Program-made: the position numbers and the translations under genes
Shown here: in pieces, positions 26,666 to 32,000 of the stretch
Numbering within the stretch: position 1 is the first letter of the stretch
Layout: each line of letters starts with the position of its first letter
The notes under the pieces: generated by a model
Database searches by the model: none
What the model saw: the letters and a program-made list of their open reading frames with translations, nothing else
What the model was told of the DNA's origin: nothing
Assembly: GCA_026002795.1 (NCBI GenBank)
Contig: BPGA01000001.1
Span: forward strand, 390,001 to 422,000
Length of the DNA stretch: 32,000 nt
Source of the DNA: Candidatus Saccharimonadota bacterium
GTDB lineage: Archaea > Nanobdellota > Nanobdellia > Pacearchaeales > GW2011-AR1
Direction: 5' to 3'

Positions 26666-27463
26666 TTAAAGATATTTTTCTAGCTGTTTAAAAATTTTTA
26701 CTCTTGTCTTTTCAGTTAAATCAAGTATTTTGCCGAATTCTTCAATTTTTATTTCCTTTTCATTACTTTTTTGTAATGAGTGTATTGTTCCGTCTAATGT
26801 TGCTCCTACACTTACTCTTGCTTCACTTACATCTTCTTCTTCTAGGCAAGGATCTATTACAAGACTTTCACCAATTTTATATGCCGTTATTGTTAAAGGA
26901 ATTTCTTTCTTTAAAGGAAGTTTTTTATTTGTAAACTCTCCAAAAATAACTCTTTCTTCTTTTTCATCATATTTTGGCATTTTAGCATTTTTTAAAGCAA
27001 TAATTGAGCCAAGGCAAGCAGCATCAATTAAGTTTCCATCATCATTTATTGAATAAATATCTATAAAAACAGCCCAAACTTTTTCTCCTTTTTTTATACA
27101 AAGTTTTTCAAATTCTATGAATTTACTTTCTCTTATCATTCTATCAACCAACCTTCCAAGTTCAATCGCAGGAAATTTAGGAGGACCAGCTTCAAATCTT
27201 GGAGAGCTTAAAGGTAACAATTCTGCACTAACAATTAAATTTCCTTTATCAGGAGAATCTGGATATGGTTCCATTACATCAAGTTTTATACCAACAATAA
27301 CTTCTGTTTTTCCAATTCTTACTCTTGAAGATCCTTCTGCTTTTTTTGAAACATTTTCTTCTATTTCAATATTTCTAAATTCATCAAGTTTCCTTCCGTC
27401 AAATCTTTTTCCTTCTTTTAAATACTGTTTTATTCTTTCGCCAGTTATTCTTGCTGTTTTCAT
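26666..27463 (-). CDS. rrp42: exosome complex RNase PH-like subunit Rrp42
   Basis: 265 aa. RFDGRKLDEFRNIEIE...AEGSSRVRIGKTEVIVGIK is an RNase PH fold. Positioned directly after rrp41. Confidence 0.85.
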   Translation of the reverse strand: MKTARITGERIKQYLKEGKRFDGRKLDEFRNIEIEENVSKKAEGSSRVRIGKTEVIVGIKLDVMEPYPDSPDKGNLIVSAELLPLSSPRFEAGPPKFPAIELGRLVDRMIRESKFIEFEKLCIKKGEKVWAVFIDIYSINDDGNLIDAACLGSIIALKNAKMPKYDEKEERVIFGEFTNKKLPLKKEIPLTITAYKIGESLVIDPCLEEEDVSEARVSVGATLDGTIHSLQKSNEKEIKIEEFGKILDLTEKTRVKIFKQLEKYL

Positions 27464-27464
27464 C

Positions 27465-28169
27465 TTAACCCCTTAAACTTTCTTTTAATGCTTTTTTTTG
27501 TACCTCATAAACTTTTTGAGTTGCTTTTCTTGCAAGCTCTAATGCTTTTTTTAAGTCTTCTTTTGAAATTTTTCCATCTAACTGAATATGAGTTATTTCA
27601 CCATCTTGAGTCATTGTTATAGGAATATCTGTAGCACCTTCTCCCTCTTCCCAATCTTCTTCTTCTTTTATAACATCAACAACAAGCTGTTTGTCTATTT
27701 TTCCTATTGATATGCTAGAGACTAAACCTTTCATAGGAATTCCAGCATGAGCAAGAGCAAGAGCAGCTGCATTTATTCCAGCACACCTTGTAGATGCATT
27801 TGCTTGAATTATGTTTATGTAAACATCTATAACCATGTTTGGATATTTTTTTATAAGCAAAACAGGTCTTAATGCCCATTCTGTAATTTTGCTTATTTCT
27901 AAACTTCTTCTTGAAACTCCTGGTTTTACTCTTTCTGCTACAGAAAAGCTAATCATATTATAATTACATCTTAAAGTTCCTTCTTCAGGATCTTTTTCAT
28001 GTTGTGGGTGCATTTTTCTAGGACCATAAACAGCAGCAATTGCAATAGTATCACCAAAAGCAAAAAGAGCACTTCCATCTGCATTTGGAACAACACCAAC
28101 CTCTGCTCTCATTTCTCTAATTTCTTCTGGTTCTCTTCCATCAACTCTTTTAAATTTTTTAGTTTCCAT
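27465..28169 (-). CDS. rrp41: exosome complex exonuclease Rrp41 (catalytic RNase PH subunit)
   Basis: 234 aa. RVDGREPEEIREM, NADGSALF, AAVYGPRKMHP, phosphate-binding SRRSLE, and GATDIP (catalytic Asp) parallel Sulfolobus Rrp41. Confidence 0.9.
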   Translation of the reverse strand: METKKFKRVDGREPEEIREMRAEVGVVPNADGSALFAFGDTIAIAAVYGPRKMHPQHEKDPEEGTLRCNYNMISFSVAERVKPGVSRRSLEISKITEWALRPVLLIKKYPNMVIDVYINIIQANASTRCAGINAAALALAHAGIPMKGLVSSISIGKIDKQLVVDVIKEEEDWEEGEGATDIPITMTQDGEITHIQLDGKISKEDLKKALELARKATQKVYEVQKKALKESLRG

Positions 28170-28171
28170 TT

Positions 28172-28411
28172 TTATTTAAGATCTATTTTTACTTCTAATT
28201 GAGAATCTTTAATTAACTTATCTAAAAGTCTTTTTGTATTTTCTTGATCATTCATCGAGGTAATAAAATAAATTACTTCCCATGTCGAGTCTTTATTTAT
28301 AGATATGCTTTCTGATATAGGTTCAAATCCTGCATCTCTTAACAAATTATAAAGTTTTAATTTATCTTCTATAGATAATTTTCCTTTATAAGATAAAAAA
28401 GCTCTTATCAT
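28172..28411 (-). CDS. hypothetical 79-aa protein embedded in the exosome operon
   Basis: ATGA overlap with the rrp4 stop (28408-28411). Its TAA lies 2 nt upstream of the rrp41 ATG. No motif recognised. Confidence 0.6.
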   Translation of the reverse strand: MIRAFLSYKGKLSIEDKLKLYNLLRDAGFEPISESISINKDSTWEVIYFITSMNDQENTKRLLDKLIKDSQLEVKIDLK

Positions 28412-29082
28412 TTTCTTTCACTCTTAAAAAAATTTTCAACTTCTTCCGTTAAACCATTAACAAATGATCGTTCAGCTATAAAGTTTATAATTTTTTTAAC
28501 TAAAAGCTCATCTTCAACACTTTTTCCTTTTATCCAAATTAATCCGTTTTGTCCAACAATTATATTGCATCCAGATTCTCTTTTTATTAAATTTATCATA
28601 CTGCCTTCTTTACCTATGACTCTAGGAACTCTGCTCGGATTTATTTTCATTATTATTCCTTCTTCTATTTTTCCCAATCCACGCATTTTTATTGTTAAAT
28701 CTATACCTCTTTTTGTAACTCCATTAATTTTTGCTATAATCATGTCTCCTATATCAAGTATATCTCCGATATTGGTTTTTGGTAGGTGTTTTGGAACTTC
28801 TTGTAAAGGTAAAAAAGCATTTTCAGGAGCATCAATATCAATTACCCAACCATAATAAGTTATGTCTTCAACCTTTCCTATAACAACATTTCCTCTTCTT
28901 GGTTCATAAACTCCAGATAAAGGAATAACCTTAATAAGTTTGTTAGATTCTTCTAAAAGACCATATCTTATTGAAATTATTTCTTTTCCTTTTTTCATTG
29001 TTCCTTCTCCAGGAAGATACTCTTCACCTTTTGCAAGAACTTCTCCAGGAATAACCACTTCTCTTTCTATTTTTTCTTTCAT
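28408..29082 (-). CDS. rrp4: exosome RNA-binding cap subunit Rrp4 (S1 + KH)
   Basis: 224 aa. N-terminal VIPGEVLA, S1-like GNVVIGKVEDITYYGWVIDI, and KH GKEGSMINLIKRESGCNIIVGQNGLIWI. Confidence 0.9.
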   Translation of the reverse strand: MKEKIEREVVIPGEVLAKGEEYLPGEGTMKKGKEIISIRYGLLEESNKLIKVIPLSGVYEPRRGNVVIGKVEDITYYGWVIDIDAPENAFLPLQEVPKHLPKTNIGDILDIGDMIIAKINGVTKRGIDLTIKMRGLGKIEEGIIMKINPSRVPRVIGKEGSMINLIKRESGCNIIVGQNGLIWIKGKSVEDELLVKKIINFIAERSFVNGLTEEVENFFKSERK

Positions 29083-29762
29083 TTTTCTTCTTCTTTAATT
29101 TCTTGTGTTAAAGCTGATCCATGAGTTACTGAATTTAGTTTTTCATAAAAGTCTATAATTAAACCAGAAGGTATGCTTAAAACAGCCTCTAAATCTCCAT
29201 TTTCTAGCCAGCTTTCATTTTGTTTATACTGGTTTATTAATCCGTAAACTTTAGCTGTATAAATAGAAGGAATGGTAACTCTTACTTTTTTCGTTTCAAA
29301 TTTTATTGGCAAAACCTTTTCTAATTCTGTAACAATATCTTTAATTTGATTTTCAATTGGCGTGTTTTTTATGTTAATATGAGCTTGTTCTAATGCTGTT
29401 TTTATTCTTTCTGCGGTATGAGGATTTCCTGTTCTTGGATCTATTGCATTTCTAGATAAAAAATCAATAATCTGTTTAATCTTCTTTTCTCTTTCTTCGT
29501 CTCTATACTCTTTTGTAAGAAGAATTTCTCCTGTTTTAACTATTTTTGATGCTATTTCATTAATATTTTCTGTTCCGAAAGAATCTTTTAAATCTTTAGA
29601 AGAAGCTGTAAATCCTTTTTTTGAATCAGTAAAAACTTTTTCAATTTCTAAAAAATCAACTAAGTTTGATTGACCTTTCTTAAACCTCAAAGCCTTTTCA
29701 AGATCTACAATAATTTCAAAATTTTTTCCATGCTGTTTAATCCTAGCAATAGTTTGAGTCAT
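29079..29762 (-). CDS. sdo1: SBDS-family ribosome maturation protein (Sdo1)
   Basis: 227 aa. ARIKQHGKNFEIIVD..., FLSRNAIDPRTGNPHTAERIKTALEQAHI. ATGA overlap with rrp4. Canonical position upstream of rrp4. Confidence 0.9.
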   Translation of the reverse strand: MTQTIARIKQHGKNFEIIVDLEKALRFKKGQSNLVDFLEIEKVFTDSKKGFTASSKDLKDSFGTENINEIASKIVKTGEILLTKEYRDEEREKKIKQIIDFLSRNAIDPRTGNPHTAERIKTALEQAHINIKNTPIENQIKDIVTELEKVLPIKFETKKVRVTIPSIYTAKVYGLINQYKQNESWLENGDLEAVLSIPSGLIIDFYEKLNSVTHGSALTQEIKEEEK

Positions 29763-29796
29763 TTTTAAAATTCAGAAAATTTTCTTTTATTAATTT

Positions 29797-30519
29797 TTAT
29801 TTTATTAATTCTTTAATTTCTTCTCCAATTAGTCTAATTGGTTTTTGATCTTCATTTTTAATATAAACAAGCTCGAACTGGTCAAGAGTAAAATTTTTTC
29901 CTTGAATCTCTTTGAAAATATCAAGAGCGAGCCTGACTCCTTTTTTAATGTTTAAGTTTTTATTATATCTTTCCCTTAGTTTTTCTTTTATTTTTTCATC
30001 ATTTTCTCCTATAGCATTTGCGTAATAAAGAAAATAATTCCCAGTTATGTCAATAGAATAAAGTTCTGGTTTTTTGTTTATAATTCCAGCAATCATTAGC
30101 GAAACACCAAAAGGTCTTGCTCCACCGAATTGAGTGAATTGTTGTTTTATATTTGCTATTTCTTTAACTACAATCTCTGGTTCTACAGGAGAATCATAAA
30201 TTATCTTATTTTGTTGAGCTATTAGTTGTGCTCTTTCAATTAAAATTCTAGCATCTGAAACAATCCCAGAAGCACTTGCTATAATATGTGAATCAATCTC
30301 GTAAATTTTATTTGCAGACTCTTGTATTATAAGTTTATCTTTTATTCTTTTATCTGCTAAAATAAACAAGCCGTCTGTACAAATCATTCCTATACTTGAG
30401 CTTCCAAGCCTTGCTGTTTTTTCAGCATACTCAACCTGAAGTATAGTTCCTTCAGGAGAGAACATAGTTGCTGTTCTATCATAACCCATTGCTTGGTGTT
30501 GTATTTCTGGTATATCCAT
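29797..30519 (-). CDS. psmA: proteasome subunit alpha
   Basis: 240 aa. GYDRTATMFSPEGTILQVEYAEKTARLGSSSIG is the alpha-subunit N-terminal signature. Confidence 0.95.
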   Translation of the reverse strand: MDIPEIQHQAMGYDRTATMFSPEGTILQVEYAEKTARLGSSSIGMICTDGLFILADKRIKDKLIIQESANKIYEIDSHIIASASGIVSDARILIERAQLIAQQNKIIYDSPVEPEIVVKEIANIKQQFTQFGGARPFGVSLMIAGIINKKPELYSIDITGNYFLYYANAIGENDEKIKEKLRERYNKNLNIKKGVRLALDIFKEIQGKNFTLDQFELVYIKNEDQKPIRLIGEEIKELIK

Positions 30520-30669
30520 TCTACAGAAAAATTATAATCTAATTATTTTTTTATCTTTACCTCACTTAAATTTAAGTTTATATTTATTTAAAAGGTTTTC
30601 TGTAGGAGGTTTATGAAAAATAAAATTAGAAAGAAACAATTTTTAAATTGTTATTACTAGATTATATGA

Positions 30670-31128
30670 ATGGTAAAAGAGGAGCTTGTTGAGGGAATAA
30701 GACTTGCTTTATCTAAGGGAGAAAGTTTAGAGAAAGCAATGATGACTTTTTTTAATGCAGGTTATCCAAGAGAAGAAATTGAAGAAGCTGCAAAATATGC
30801 TCAATCTCAACAACTTTATTCCCAGTTTCAATTACAGCTTCAGGCACAAAGCCAAACACAAACAACACAACAAAAAAAATCTGAAACACAAAAAGATAAA
30901 AAAACAGAAGAGCAGAAACAACCAATAAATCAATTAACCACTACAAATTTTATGCAGTCTTCTCAAGGAACACAACAAGTAATTCAAAGAGTTTCAGAGT
31001 ACGGCACTAAAAAGAAATCTGGAAAAGGCTTAACAATCTTTTTATTTTCTCTTCTTTTTTTACTTATTGCTCTTTTAGTTTTTATAATCTTATTTAGAGA
31101 AAAAGTCATTTCTTTTTTTGGAGGATAA
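30670..31128 (+). CDS. hypothetical tail-anchored protein with a Gln-rich linker
   Basis: 152 aa. A small helical N-domain (ALSKGESLEKAMMTFFNAGYPREEIEEAAKYA) is followed by a QLQLQAQSQTQTTQQ low-complexity linker and a C-terminal TM helix. Confidence 0.5.
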   Translation: MVKEELVEGIRLALSKGESLEKAMMTFFNAGYPREEIEEAAKYAQSQQLYSQFQLQLQAQSQTQTTQQKKSETQKDKKTEEQKQPINQLTTTNFMQSSQGTQQVIQRVSEYGTKKKSGKGLTIFLFSLLFLLIALLVFIILFREKVISFFGG

Positions 31129-31211
31129 TATATTTTAACTTAAAAGACTATAGAACAATCAATTTTATATATGTTATATGTTCTTGTTTTTATTGTATTA
31201 AAAATTTTAAA

Positions 31212-32000
31212 ATGGTGAAGTTTGCACATATGTCAGATATTCATTTAGGAGGCTGGAAGTATAAGCCATTACAAGATCTTAATTTAGAATCTTTTAGAAA
31301 AGCTATAGAAATTTGTATTAAAGAGAAAGTTGATTTTGTAATTATGTGTGGAGATATTTTTGATACAGCTTTTCCTCCCATAGAAACCCTAAAAGAAGCT
31401 TTTTCAGAATTTAGAAGGCTTAAAGAGGCAGGAATACCTTGTTTTATTATAGCAGGAAGTCATGATTATAGCGTTTCTGGAAAAACTTTTTTAGATGTAC
31501 TTGAAAAAGCAGGATTTTGTAAGAATGTTGCCAACTTTGAAGAAAAAAACGGAAAGATAATTTTAAATCCAACCCTTTACAAAGGAGTTGCTATTTATGG
31601 ATATCCTGGAAAAACATCTGGCTTAGAAATAGATGAGCTAAGAAGATCTGAACTTAATGACGCGCCTGGTTTTTTTAAGATACTTATGCTACATACAACA
31701 ATAGATAAAGCTAGAGGAGATCTTCCGATAGATGCTTTAGAAACATCTAAAGTTCCTAAGGCAGATTACTATGCATTAGGACATTTACATATAGATTTTC
31801 AGTACGAAAATTTTTTTTATCCGGGACCAATATTTCCTAACAATTTTCAGGAGTTAGAAGATCTAGAGTATGGAAGATTTTTGATTGTAGAAATAAAAAA
31901 TTTTGAGATTAATGTTAAAAAAGTAAATTTAAAGATAAAAGAGATTTTACCTTTTGATATAGAAATTAATAATACAATTAAAGCTACAGAAAAAATAATC
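31212..32000 (+). CDS. mre11: Mre11 DNA double-strand-break repair nuclease (N-terminal part; continues beyond the window)
   Basis: Translated by hand from the ATG at 31212. Phosphoesterase motifs FAHMSDIHLG, CGDIFD, AGSHD, LMLHTT and LGHLH are present. Absent from the ORF track because no stop codon falls within the window. Confidence 0.85.
   Translation, partial: MVKFAHMSDIHLGGWKYKPLQDLNLESFRKAIEICIKEKVDFVIMCGDIFDTAFPPIETLKEAFSEFRRLKEAGIPCFIIAGSHDYSVSGKTFLDVLEKAGFCKNVANFEEKNGKIILNPTLYKGVAIYGYPGKTSGLEIDELRRSELNDAPGFFKILMLHTTIDKARGDLPIDALETSKVPKADYYALGHLHIDFQYENFFYPGPIFPNNFQELEDLEYGRFLIVEIKNFEINVKKVNLKIKEILPFDIEINNTIKATEKII

Noticed and set aside
26359-27476. Plus-strand ORFs 26359-26559, 26704-26934, 26730-27056 and 27117-27476.
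   Set aside because: They are antisense to the well-supported rpoK and rrp42 genes, and their translations are Leu/Phe/Ser low complexity.
27999-28855. Plus-strand ORFs 27999-28202 and 28565-28855.
   Set aside because: They are antisense to rrp41 and rrp4, with no motifs and no independent support.

Overview
This is a very AT-rich, gene-dense archaeal window. Markers are eS19/eL31/eL39/uS2, Cbf5, RNase P RNA plus Pop5, RpoK, the psmA-SBDS-rrp4-rrp41-rrp42 exosome cluster, and a tRNA-Ala in the 16S-23S spacer. Small compact genes, many 4-nt overlaps, a form III-type RuBisCO and a divergent 16S suggest a DPANN-like lineage (Woese-/Pacearchaeota-like); that placement is inference. On the minus strand, GC-rich RNA genes stand out against the AT background: 16S, tRNA-Ala(UGC) and 23S (16.3-17.9 and 13.2-16.0 kb), then RNase P RNA (12.06-12.39 kb) and tRNA-Phe(GAA). 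No 5S was found. Protein genes are mostly housekeeping: TrmY, Cbf5, tandem HhH-GPD glycosylases, ribosomal proteins, YhbY, NFACT-R, Nudix, HAD, RuBisCO, CysRS, enolase, an IMPDH/GMPR-family protein, RNase J, the exosome, proteasome alpha and Mre11 (partial). I found no CRISPR array, transposase, integrase or recognisable defence system. The best candidates for something undescribed are: (1) an orphan 79-aa gene translationally coupled between rrp4 and rrp41; (2) a 272-bp direct repeat carrying two near-identical zinc-ribbon genes that bracket an Arg-rich 213-aa membrane protein, possibly a tiny integrated element; (3) a secreted GH23 lytic transglycosylase in an archaeon; (4) substitutions in normally invariant 16S motifs, one pair clearly compensatory. 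All functional calls rest on motifs recognised by eye. No database search was run.
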